From: Candidatus Hodarchaeota archaeon
GTDB lineage: Archaea > Asgardarchaeota > Heimdallarchaeia > Hodarchaeales > Hodarchaeaceae
Reading direction: 5' to 3'
DNA: 52,707 bases
NCBI GenBank assembly: GCA_016839785.1
Contig: JAEOTQ010000088.1
Span: 1-52,707 of the forward strand
Part shown: positions 9,800 to 18,892 of the stretch, one piece after another
How positions within the stretch are numbered: position 1 is the first letter of the stretch
Layout of the letters: the number at the start of each line of letters is the position of its first letter
Position numbers and translations under genes: made by a program
Notes under the pieces: model-generated
Database searches by the model: none
What the model was told of the DNA's origin: nothing
What the model saw: only the letters and a program-made list of their open reading frames with translations

Positions 9800-10807
9800 T
9801 TATGATTTAGAAATAACCTCAGTTTTCAGATTCTTTGTTACAATCAATAAAAATATTAAACCTATTGCAATCCCAAACCATAATGTAGAGACTCTGATTA
9901 TAATTATAAGCGCAGTGGCCAAAGCAGCACTAATTGCTAGAAAATCTCTCAAGAATACCTCCATGCTTCCTTCCATTATTCCTAATCCACCAGGTAAGAA
10001 AGATACTGCACCAAGTAAAGAAGATGTCGCATAGATAAATATCGCTAAATCCATGGATATATCTATCCCTAGATTAAGGGCTATCAAAAGAAATCCAAGG
10101 CCCTCACAAGCCCAACCAATTAAACCAAGAACCAATGCAATGAAAAAGACTTTATACTGCAAGGTCACAAGCACATCTTCTCGAAATTTATCTATCTTTG
10201 GGCTGAATTTAGCTAAAGGTTTTAGTTTAAACAACAAACTAAATAAATTGTAGAGTGGATCAAATAAAAATATAAAAATACCAGAAATAATTAGGAGTAA
10301 GATTAAAGCGAGTATAGGAAGATATATGACGGGATGGTGAGAACTTAGCGTAAAAATACCGAAAAGTGCAAGGAGTGTAACCGCTAACAGGTCAACTAAT
10401 CTCTCAGAAAAAGTTGAAGCTAAACCTTCAGATAATCCAGAAGAGCTTACATTTCTTAATAGAAAAGCTCTTATTGCCTCTCCAGCCTTTGCTGGTGTAA
10501 TCGATAGACTTAATCCCGCAAAAAAGATCATAAAATTGCTTAATATCGGCACTTCTAGCTTTAAACTACGAGTAAATAGATGCCACTTCATAAAACGAAA
10601 TAAATAATTCAAAAAACTCAATATCATCGCTATTATGACGACCATGATATCTACACGGAATAAAATTTGAATTAGATCATTCCACCCACTGTATACCATT
10701 AATACAAAATACACCAAGACTGCTAAGAAGATTCCAAATATAAAAGTCTTGAAACTCAAAAACTGATTTAACGTATCATTCTTCTGTTTTTCCATGAATA
10801 GATCCAT
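9800..10807 (-). CDS. UPF0104/LPG-synthase TM-domain membrane protein (putative flippase)
   Basis: RFMKW, TPAKAGEAIRA, ERLVD, LPGGLGIMEG and IIRVSTLW family motifs; about 8 TM segments. Confidence 0.85.
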   Translation of the reverse strand: MDLFMEKQKNDTLNQFLSFKTFIFGIFLAVLVYFVLMVYSGWNDLIQILFRVDIMVVIIAMILSFLNYLFRFMKWHLFTRSLKLEVPILSNFMIFFAGLSLSITPAKAGEAIRAFLLRNVSSSGLSEGLASTFSERLVDLLAVTLLALFGIFTLSSHHPVIYLPILALILLLIISGIFIFLFDPLYNLFSLLFKLKPLAKFSPKIDKFREDVLVTLQYKVFFIALVLGLIGWACEGLGFLLIALNLGIDISMDLAIFIYATSSLLGAVSFLPGGLGIMEGSMEVFLRDFLAISAALATALIIIIRVSTLWFGIAIGLIFLLIVTKNLKTEVISKS

Positions 10808-10940
10808 TTCCTGTCTGGAAATATTATGACATATTAATTAATGGTATATTCGAAAAATCGCAAAAAACTTCATGAGACTATCTCAGGTTTTAGAATAAAA
10901 ACCTTCATCAAATACTCAATTTACTTATACTTGATTACCA

Positions 10941-11321
10941 GTGACGAAAGAAAAAGAATGTCTTGAGTGTAAACAGTATTTTCCAATTATTTCTATGATC
11001 AGAGGTTCAAAAACTAATCCCTATGGAGATAAAATTTCTTCTGGTTATCTCTGCAAAAGATGTTATCGGAATAGGGTGAAAAAAAGATCGAATATTCTCC
11101 TTTTTTTCACAATCGGATCTGGAATTACAAGTGTTTTTTTCTTTAGTCTAATCATGTACATGTATCTATTTGTTAAAGGCCTCGTAGTAGATCAGTTCAT
11201 TTCTACAGTCGAGATTTTTTTATATTTAAGTATTTTATTTGTAGTTTTTTCAGTCGTTTTATTTTACCTACGTCATAAAGAATTATCTAGAATGCGGAAA
11301 CGAATTCGATCTCTTGGTTAG
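10941..11321 (+). CDS. Small membrane protein with N-terminal CxxC...CxxC zinc finger and 2 TM helices
   Basis: CLEC and CKRC followed by two hydrophobic helices and a basic tail. Confidence 0.6.
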   Translation: MTKEKECLECKQYFPIISMIRGSKTNPYGDKISSGYLCKRCYRNRVKKRSNILLFFTIGSGITSVFFFSLIMYMYLFVKGLVVDQFISTVEIFLYLSILFVVFSVVLFYLRHKELSRMRKRIRSLG

Positions 11322-11333
11322 ATAAGTTCCAAT

Positions 11334-13466
11334 TTGCTACACCCCCCTGCTCCAAAAGATACAATTATAAGAACAAGTTCGACAATACAAAAAGGAGGTT
11401 TATTGCGGGTGACGGCATGGAATAGAACACTCAAGTCTCGTTTTTTCTTTTTCTGTCCAATAGTTATTTCTATCATTATTCTACCCTCAAATTTGTACCT
11501 TTATAGTATTCATAGGGACCCTCTTAAGACTAGATATGAAAGCAAATCTATAGATTTAACCAACGCAATTAATTCAATACCGATTTTTCAGTTATATCAA
11601 GATGCTAAATATGCGTGGGACAAATTACAATTACGTAAAGATGCTTATGGTCTAAACAAGACTGATTTTTTCTACTCCACAGAAGTTATAGAGAATGTCA
11701 ACGCAACTATCACCAATAATCTTGGGTATCTCCCAATTTATTATTCAATGTACAAAATTACTAATGATTCAAATTATCTCGCTCTCGCCCGTAACATGAT
11801 CTCAAATATCATGAAATATAGTTTAGGTCAATTAGAGATGAATAATAACACCTATGACTTTGTAGTATCATATAATTGGAGTAGTGATAATATTATTGAC
11901 AATTATTTCTCCCCTGTAGGATTATTCGTCCCTATCGCCAGTGATGATTCATTTTTCGTCCCAATTTTTGAAAACCTTCTCCAGAATTCGCATGAGGTAT
12001 TTTGGTCTCCCCAAAATCTAATTTACGAAAGAAGAGCGAAAGATGGAACGATAGTGGGAGATAATTGTCATCTAACATGGGGAACCTCTACTAGTAGAAA
12101 GATTATCCAATTACTTTGGATGGCACACCTTACTGGAAATACAACCTACAAAGATTGGGCTGATGAAACGATAGAAGCCGTGTGGTCATATAGTTCAAGT
12201 TATGGGCTCCTCCCTAGAAGTATTCACTCTCTCTCTGGGAACGTCAAAGATTCAACAATTTCTCATTATGATATGGCTGGATGGTTGTGTATGCTTGAAC
12301 TCGCATATTTTTTGAATAACAGGAGTACACTAGCTGGAACGGGCATACACACTTATTATAACTTGATAAATGCCGCAGCAACTGGTATTGCTGATTATCT
12401 TTGGACCTCTCGTCAGAGGTGGGGATATAAAACTACCTATTTCCTCGGAGTTCCTTCTAATGATATAGCTGAAATGAATGCAATCTATGTCGACTATGCG
12501 ATGCTTCTGGCATACGAAATAACCAAAAATGAGGATTTTCTTACAAAAGCAATAATTGATTTTGAGAACGAATTTATGGGAACAGACCCAGTGAAACCAA
12601 CAGGGGTTCTTATGAGTAAATCCCTTATAATACATTCTCCCAGTACTTTAAGTACCCAATGTCAATTTACAGGTTCAAGCAATTCTATGGTATCACGTAC
12701 TGCCAGTTTAATCTACCAATATACTCGGAATGTATCTTTTCTGCAGAAAGCTAAATACCATTACAACACTTTGATGGCTACTCATAGATTCACGAAAGGA
12801 TATACAAATATGCTAAACACAGGTAATATGCAACCCTATCCATTATATAATGGAAAACCTGCACAGGTATTTGATTTGGCTCCTATAGAGGCAATTCTTG
12901 CTTTACCCAGTTCTTTTCTACCCTCCGAGAACGTACCGATTGATTGGGGATATGGATTGACGACTACAATGCCCGCTGGTTACGGTATGCCGGGAGCTTA
13001 CACTGGAATATCCATTGATATTGAACAAAGAAAAGTTAATCTAAAATCTGTGACATCCGATAGCAACGGATCATTATTTACAAATTTTGCAAATGATTCA
13101 GTTATTGAGTCCGTAATAATAGACACTAATACACCCTATTATGCATTCAACTCTAATACACTATCTTGTGACGAGGGTACTCACGCTTACACCATTACTT
13201 TTACTGAACCCAGTGATACGAATAGTACACTAATTACCAATACTATTCCTACTAGTACACCTTCTTCGAGCATTTCGACGAGTACTTCTTCAACCAGTCT
13301 TCCTTCGTCCACGACCGAAACAACTACTACCACTACTGTTTCCACTGTTTCTACCTCTAGCTCAACAACAGAAGTCTCAACTGATCAAACAACAGGATTT
13401 CTAATGTCCATCATCCCAATTTACTTTCTTCTAATGCTTATTATTAAAAGAAAACGTCAGAAATAG
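11334..13466 (+). CDS. Surface-anchored alpha/alpha-barrel glycosidase-like protein (distantly GH47-like) with Ser/Thr linker and CTERM anchor
   Basis: N-terminal hydrophobic signal; repeated LxxxTG..YxxxA helical motifs; Ser/Thr-rich stalk; TTGF-TM-KRKRQK tail. True start is probably TTG 11403 or GTG 11409, after GGAGG at 11394. Confidence 0.6.
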   Translation: MLHPPAPKDTIIRTSSTIQKGGLLRVTAWNRTLKSRFFFFCPIVISIIILPSNLYLYSIHRDPLKTRYESKSIDLTNAINSIPIFQLYQDAKYAWDKLQLRKDAYGLNKTDFFYSTEVIENVNATITNNLGYLPIYYSMYKITNDSNYLALARNMISNIMKYSLGQLEMNNNTYDFVVSYNWSSDNIIDNYFSPVGLFVPIASDDSFFVPIFENLLQNSHEVFWSPQNLIYERRAKDGTIVGDNCHLTWGTSTSRKIIQLLWMAHLTGNTTYKDWADETIEAVWSYSSSYGLLPRSIHSLSGNVKDSTISHYDMAGWLCMLELAYFLNNRSTLAGTGIHTYYNLINAAATGIADYLWTSRQRWGYKTTYFLGVPSNDIAEMNAIYVDYAMLLAYEITKNEDFLTKAIIDFENEFMGTDPVKPTGVLMSKSLIIHSPSTLSTQCQFTGSSNSMVSRTASLIYQYTRNVSFLQKAKYHYNTLMATHRFTKGYTNMLNTGNMQPYPLYNGKPAQVFDLAPIEAILALPSSFLPSENVPIDWGYGLTTTMPAGYGMPGAYTGISIDIEQRKVNLKSVTSDSNGSLFTNFANDSVIESVIIDTNTPYYAFNSNTLSCDEGTHAYTITFTEPSDTNSTLITNTIPTSTPSSSISTSTSSTSLPSSTTETTTTTTVSTVSTSSSTTEVSTDQTTGFLMSIIPIYFLLMLIIKRKRQK

Positions 13467-13495
13467 AAATTAATTAGATGAAGAAAGAATGAGAT

Positions 13496-14551
13496 CTAAG
13501 TAAAATTGAGTAGTTTGCTATATGTTGGATGATACTCTAGCTTAGAAGTGATATTTTTTATTTCTGATGCTTTTTCTTTCGTACAAATAAAAATGCAATC
13601 TTCTGTGTCTATTATTACCAAATCTTCTATACCAAATCCAATTACTGGTTTCTCCCCGAAAATAATACAATTCTTTACATCTAGACCCAAATATTCCGTC
13701 TGGACTATATTTCCATTTGTGTCTCTTTGCATTATTCTGTCCAGGGAATCCCAAGTTCCAATATCGTCCCATTCAAAGTCCCCTTCGATAACTAGTAGAT
13801 CGTTTGACTTTTCCATTATCCCATAATCTATAGATATTTTTGGTAATAGTTCAAATACTTCCTTTGCTACCTGTGGATCAAAATTTGCTCTACGAATCTT
13901 TTCTAATCCCTTATAAAGTGTAGGCATAAACATTTTAAAGCTCAAATACAGAAAAGAAGGCTTAACAACGAACATTCCTGAGTTCCATAAATATCCTTTT
14001 CGTATATATTCTTTTGCTTTTGATAAACTGGGTTTTTCCTTGAAAGAATTCACTATAAACGCATTTGCTTCTGTTGATGGTATTTTCACACCTGGTTCAA
14101 TATATCCAAATCCAATTTCAGGCCTTCGTGGTTTAATTCCTATTGTAACAATCTTATTCTTTTCAGCTAACTTGACTGCGTCTTGAATTGTCTTTTTAAA
14201 TTCCGTTAAATCTGGTATAAAATAATCTGCTCCCATAAAAATTGTTACTTCATCTTGATCATCATTCAGTAGATGTGAACAAGCGTATCCGATTCCCGCT
14301 GCAGAATCACGGCCTAAAGGTTCAACGAAGAGATTTACATCAGGCAATTGTTCTTGAATTAGTCCTTTAAGACTACCCCGTGTCGATATATGGATATTAT
14401 TTGAATCAACTATTTGACTAGCGTTATGATAAGTTTGTTGGATTAATGAAGACCCTTTATCAAGAGAAATACATTGTTTGGGTTTATTTTTTCGAGATTT
14501 TGGCCATAAGCGTTCCCCACCGCCCCCTGCTAATATCACAAGATTAACCAT
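13496..14551 (-). CDS. manC: Mannose-1-phosphate guanylyltransferase
   Basis: VILAGGGGERLWPKSRKNKPKQ, EPLGRDSA, FKEKP, WNSGMF, SIDYGIME, WDDIGTW. Start at MVNLV with GAGG upstream; no PMI domain. Confidence 0.92.
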   Translation of the reverse strand: MVNLVILAGGGGERLWPKSRKNKPKQCISLDKGSSLIQQTYHNASQIVDSNNIHISTRGSLKGLIQEQLPDVNLFVEPLGRDSAAGIGYACSHLLNDDQDEVTIFMGADYFIPDLTEFKKTIQDAVKLAEKNKIVTIGIKPRRPEIGFGYIEPGVKIPSTEANAFIVNSFKEKPSLSKAKEYIRKGYLWNSGMFVVKPSFLYLSFKMFMPTLYKGLEKIRRANFDPQVAKEVFELLPKISIDYGIMEKSNDLLVIEGDFEWDDIGTWDSLDRIMQRDTNGNIVQTEYLGLDVKNCIIFGEKPVIGFGIEDLVIIDTEDCIFICTKEKASEIKNITSKLEYHPTYSKLLNFT

Positions 14552-14638
14552 CCTAGTTACCTCTAAAAATATCACGGGTGTTAAATCGAGAAAAGATTTC
14601 TCAAGGGGATGAATAAAAAGCTTACTTGAAAAAATGAA

Positions 14639-15019
14639 TTAATTCTGATGTAGATATTTTCCAATAATACGAAGTAATTCTGCAGAACTGAACGGTTTAG
14701 TCACATACTCTTCTGCCCCTGCTTGAAACCCCTCTTCGATATGATGGTCAAGGACCTTGGCAGAAAATATGATAATAGGAATAGATTTATGTACTGGATC
14801 TGTCTTCAATCGTCTACAAACCTCTATACCATTTAATTCTCCAGGCATTCTAATATCAAGGAGAATTAAATCGGGATTTTGCTTTACTTCCTCTAATGCC
14901 TCCGAACCATTTAGTGCTTTTAGTACGTCGTAACCTTCGTGTTTTAAGATCGTCTGCATTAATTCAAGGGTGTCAGGTTCGTCATCAACTACCAAAATAC
15001 TTTTCTTATCGGATATCAT
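14639..15019 (-). CDS. Stand-alone CheY-like response regulator receiver
   Basis: VVDDEP, phospho-acceptor LLDIRMP, SA, KPF. Start at MISDKK. No kinase in the window. Confidence 0.9.
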   Translation of the reverse strand: MISDKKSILVVDDEPDTLELMQTILKHEGYDVLKALNGSEALEEVKQNPDLILLDIRMPGELNGIEVCRRLKTDPVHKSIPIIIFSAKVLDHHIEEGFQAGAEEYVTKPFSSAELLRIIGKYLHQN

Positions 15020-15173
15020 AGGAAAAACCAGTGGAAAATGCAATAATAGCAAAATTTGTGACTTTTTACAGGCTAACTTGGTTAGTTTAATAATATTTTT
15101 TTAGCGACGTTAGGCTTGGAAACGGTTCTTATTCACCATAAAATTTAGATAATCTCAATATCTCATTTCAAAC

Positions 15174-15836
15174 TTATTTAAAGAGCCGGTCAAGAATTTT
15201 ACTGTAAATATCAGGTTTATTCACATTTGAAAGATGAGTCTGGAGATATTTAATGTCAGTAAATGTGTCTAAATCCCTTGTACAGGGATCTAAATCTAGT
15301 AACTCATATTCTAAAGCTAACTTTTTTGCAGATTGGATGTAGTTATCTTTACTTTTCAAGCCAAAACAAAATGGAAGCAGATCAGGACGGCTCATGTAGA
15401 GCATAGCTGTACCCTTTTTTTCTCCTTCACCCGAAATTGAAGGAACTATCAGTATATCTACATTCTGGATATGTGTCAATACTGCTTGAAGACATTCATT
15501 TGAAAAAAAAGGGAGATCTGGCATTATTATGAGTATTGATTGGTTCTGGGGTAATTGCTTCATTGCCTTCGATAGAGCAGTGTTTAAATCTGTACCTTCA
15601 TCGATAAAAGTGAATTTTGCTCCTAATTCTAAGCTAGATTCAACAATTTCACGTGAAGGAGTAATCACGCCAAAAGATAAGCCCCTTGTCTGAATTACTT
15701 TTATGGTCTGATAAAAAGAAGCTTTTACTAAGCTTTCAATTTCGTAAATTTCCGTAGAGGTCAGAGCGGCTTTAATACGCATTTTTGTTTTTGATATTTC
15801 TTTGATAGGAATTATTACTAATACATCTGAAGCCGT
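15174..15836 (-). CDS. cofC: 2-phospho-L-lactate/PEP guanylyltransferase (F420 biosynthesis), probable ACG start
   Basis: The conserved N-terminal VIIPIK....KxRI motif lies upstream of the track ATG (15782). Also DLNTAL, MPDLP, GT, FG, DLDTFTD. Operonic with cofD. Confidence 0.8.
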   Translation of the reverse strand, partial: TASDVLVIIPIKEISKTKMRIKAALTSTEIYEIESLVKASFYQTIKVIQTRGLSFGVITPSREIVESSLELGAKFTFIDEGTDLNTALSKAMKQLPQNQSILIIMPDLPFFSNECLQAVLTHIQNVDILIVPSISGEGEKKGTAMLYMSRPDLLPFCFGLKSKDNYIQSAKKLALEYELLDLDPCTRDLDTFTDIKYLQTHLSNVNKPDIYSKILDRLFK

Positions 15837-15886
15837 TTGCTACTCAACACCTAGAATACGTTGAATTGATCTTATCCGTATAATTC

Positions 15887-16642
15887 CTAAAAGTCTTTTA
15901 CTAGGGAGCAAAAAAAATCGTGATTCTTCCTAGCAGCTCTAGCTACTGAAAAATAACTTGCTCCTGTGTCTAGAATTGCCTTAGCACTTCTTTGATCAAC
16001 TACTGAATTATTACCGATCACTTCAGACTGGTTAAAATTTGTAAAACTGGTTAGAAGTGTTAAATCCGTACCTTCTATTCCATTTCGGTAAGAATCAATG
16101 TGCAAGTAGTCTATTCCCCAATCATTTACTAATTTTGAAAATGATCGGGGATCTACAGTATTTCCTCGAATTTTTAAAGAGGTGGGAAAGTCTTTTGATT
16201 TAAAAATTGATAAAATGCGTGAAAGTGTTTCAGGGCGTTGAGTAAGATTCTGTCCTCCTCCTTTTTCTAAAATTTCTTGTTGTCTGCAATGTGCATTCAC
16301 TTCAATAATGGGAATAACGGAAATTCTCTCTGAAAACTCTCTAGCAAATGATAGTGTTTCTTCGGGATTATTTAACCTTACATTTACGATTGTATTCGAT
16401 TTTGAAGGGAGTTTATCTAATTCCTGAGCGATAAAATTTGCTTCCTCTCCCAGTTGTATCGGAAATTCATTACGTCCCCGTAAGGTTAATTCTACTGCTG
16501 CATTAATCATTTCTTTACCTATCGAATACCCTCCAATTGTCACCTTTCCCACACAACCACTCTCAAAAATCTGAGCTGCAAAATTTCCGTTAGTAATCCC
16601 CGCCATTGCAGCTAATACCGCATGTGAAGAGGAGAGATTCAT
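15887..16642 (-). CDS. Archaeal dihydrouridine-synthase-like FMN TIM-barrel protein (MJ0144/NifR3-related)
   Basis: LAAMAGITNG, IEVNAHCRQQE, SLKIR, LHIDS, IGNNSV, SVARA. Confidence 0.8.
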   Translation of the reverse strand: MNLSSSHAVLAAMAGITNGNFAAQIFESGCVGKVTIGGYSIGKEMINAAVELTLRGRNEFPIQLGEEANFIAQELDKLPSKSNTIVNVRLNNPEETLSFAREFSERISVIPIIEVNAHCRQQEILEKGGGQNLTQRPETLSRILSIFKSKDFPTSLKIRGNTVDPRSFSKLVNDWGIDYLHIDSYRNGIEGTDLTLLTSFTNFNQSEVIGNNSVVDQRSAKAILDTGASYFSVARAARKNHDFFCSLVKDF

Positions 16643-16643
16643 A

Positions 16644-17576
16644 CTAATTCTCTTCCAATATGAGGTTTATGAGGCGTCGAGCATCATTATGGTTTTTAAT
16701 GACAATATTGCCAAATAACGCTTTTATTCCCAACTTTTGGGTAGCTTTTTCAAGATTCTTATCAGATTCATGGAGAATTATCCCATCTAAAAAGTCACGG
16801 AAAAGTTTGCCTACCGCAATCGGTGAAGTTTCATAATTCCATGCATGAAGAAATTTTCCAGTAGGCCCAGAAAGGGCAGCGTTTCCAATAATTGGACTTA
16901 TCGCATATTTTTTGGCATTTGAGGTACGAAGCGCATTACGAATAGGAGAAATTGCCACAATTGGTCCCAAAGAAGAAACTGGATTACTAGGACCAATTAT
17001 TATGTAAACAGCAGATTCTATCTCTTTAATAATCTCGGGGGTTGTTATACTCAGATCACCCTCAAAGAACACATTTAAAACCTCTAACTCCCCCTTGTAT
17101 CGCACCCAATATTCTTGCAGATGTAGAAGTTCATTTTCAGTACGAATCATGGTTCTGATTGGCTGGTCAGCCATTGGTAATACTTTAGACTTGATATTCA
17201 AACGTTTGGTAAGTTTTTTTGTTGCCTCAGTTAATGACATTCCTTGTTCTAATAACCACGTTCGATAAAGACAGAGACCTGCATCTTGATCCCCAAGGTT
17301 GAACCATATATCCTCTTCTAAGAAATCTCGTAACATTCTTACCATATTAAAGGTATCATTATTAATTCCCCACCATTTTGTTACATCTATCAGGTTTGTT
17401 AAGGTAAAGATTATACTATCAATATCTGGAGAGACATAAAGTCCATAATATCGCCAATCATCCCCTGTATTACCAATAATTGTTATATCTTGTGGATCAA
17501 TTAAAGAATTAATACCTTGTAGCAATTTTGGGGTGCCAGTTCCTCCTGATAAGAATACAATCTTTTTTGAGCCCAT
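16644..17576 (-). CDS. cofD: 2-phospho-L-lactate transferase (F420 biosynthesis)
   Basis: FLSGGTGTPKL, GNTGDD, VSPDID, WWGI..DTF, LGDQD, HLQEYWV, IGPSNPVSS, SPIIG...SGP. Confidence 0.95.
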   Translation of the reverse strand: MGSKKIVFLSGGTGTPKLLQGINSLIDPQDITIIGNTGDDWRYYGLYVSPDIDSIIFTLTNLIDVTKWWGINNDTFNMVRMLRDFLEEDIWFNLGDQDAGLCLYRTWLLEQGMSLTEATKKLTKRLNIKSKVLPMADQPIRTMIRTENELLHLQEYWVRYKGELEVLNVFFEGDLSITTPEIIKEIESAVYIIIGPSNPVSSLGPIVAISPIRNALRTSNAKKYAISPIIGNAALSGPTGKFLHAWNYETSPIAVGKLFRDFLDGIILHESDKNLEKATQKLGIKALFGNIVIKNHNDARRLINLILEEN

Positions 17577-17664
17577 ATTACCCCACTTATTTCACAAGAT
17601 CCCTACTACATAAATTACTAATCGTATTTAACTAAATTTTCTGAAGTATATTATCCGACCAGTA

Positions 17665-18780
17665 ATGACTAAGTCTAAGCATGAATGGGATTTAATAATT
17701 CTTAAAGAAAATGATAGTCTAAACACACAATTAGTTTGGCATGCTGCTGCTCTAGCTCGTAGTCGTGGGATACAACCTCGTGATCTTATTATTATTGATT
17801 GGCCCACTGATCCTATCGTAGTGTGTGGGTTTCATCAAGTTATTGAGAGAGTGGTTGATATTGATTATTGTAGAAAAAATAATATTCCAATTAGTCGCCG
17901 AGCTTGCGGAGGAGGAGCTGTGCTTTTAGATTCAAATCAACTTTTTTACAATATCATTGCCCATATTGATTCCACATTACTTCCCAGAAATATAAATAAG
18001 TTCTTTGAAAAAACCCTTCACCCCGTGGCTCAAACTTATCGTCATTTCGGAATAAATGCTGAGTACAAACCTGTTAATGACATTCTTGTCAATAATCGTA
18101 AAATTTCGGGAAATGGTGCTGGACTCCTTGAAGATGCTCAAGTGTTAGTTGGAAATTTCATCTTAGACTTTCCTCGTAAAGAGATGGCTCAAATCTTGAA
18201 GGTTCCAAGTGAAAAATTTCGGGATAAGGTAATTAAATCCCTTGAAGCAGGAATAAGCTCATTTAAAGACGAATTAGGTTTTATTCCCCAACGAGATTCA
18301 ATCATTGCAGAATATATCAAGCAGATTGAAACAGCATTTGATATCAGTCTAATAGAAACTCAATTAGAACCAGGGACACTTGAACTAATGGAGGAACTAA
18401 GAGAGACATATCTGACCGATGAATGGCTCTTTCAGGTAAAAGCTCGAGGAGACCAACTTACGAGTAAAGTAAAAATTCATGGATCCTCTCACGTGGTCGA
18501 AGGGATGTACAAATCTAAGGGGGGCTTAATAACCGTCATCTGCGAATTTAATGGTTCTGTTCTTTCAGATATTCTCATCAGTGGTGATTTTTGGATTCTC
18601 CCGGACACAATTCTACCTAAGTTTGAGAGATTTCTTGTAAATTATAATCTAGCCGAAGGAGATCTTTCTGGACGAATAAGTACCTTTTTAGAAGAAAACG
18701 AATGCGAAACACCTGGAACTTCATCCTCTGATCTAGCTCAGGCTATTCAGAACGCATATAGTAAAATATCTAATACATAA
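17665..18780 (+). CDS. lplA: Lipoate-protein ligase (catalytic domain plus C-terminal accessory domain)
   Basis: RRACGGGAV, NDILVNNRKISGNG, C-terminal KSKGGLI...ISGDF. Confidence 0.88.
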   Translation: MTKSKHEWDLIILKENDSLNTQLVWHAAALARSRGIQPRDLIIIDWPTDPIVVCGFHQVIERVVDIDYCRKNNIPISRRACGGGAVLLDSNQLFYNIIAHIDSTLLPRNINKFFEKTLHPVAQTYRHFGINAEYKPVNDILVNNRKISGNGAGLLEDAQVLVGNFILDFPRKEMAQILKVPSEKFRDKVIKSLEAGISSFKDELGFIPQRDSIIAEYIKQIETAFDISLIETQLEPGTLELMEELRETYLTDEWLFQVKARGDQLTSKVKIHGSSHVVEGMYKSKGGLITVICEFNGSVLSDILISGDFWILPDTILPKFERFLVNYNLAEGDLSGRISTFLEENECETPGTSSSDLAQAIQNAYSKISNT

Positions 18781-18892
18781 CACTCAGTTCCTCCAATCCT
18801 GAATTTCATCCGTTTCTTTAAATAACTAAGCTCCATTTCCAGCAATCATCTATTCTACCCAATTTCTACTTATGATTGAGAGTTAAAATACC

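Noticed and set aside
9612-10253. Short plus-strand ORFs (9612..10034, 10053..10253) and similar 60-160 aa ORFs elsewhere (e.g. 20194..20667, 27465..27938, 41850..42200, 46630..47052)
   Set aside because: Antisense or alternate-frame shadows of well-supported genes, with no motifs.
15174-17576. Methanogenesis marker
   Set aside because: F420 biosynthesis is widespread in non-methanogens; no mcr or mtr genes are here.
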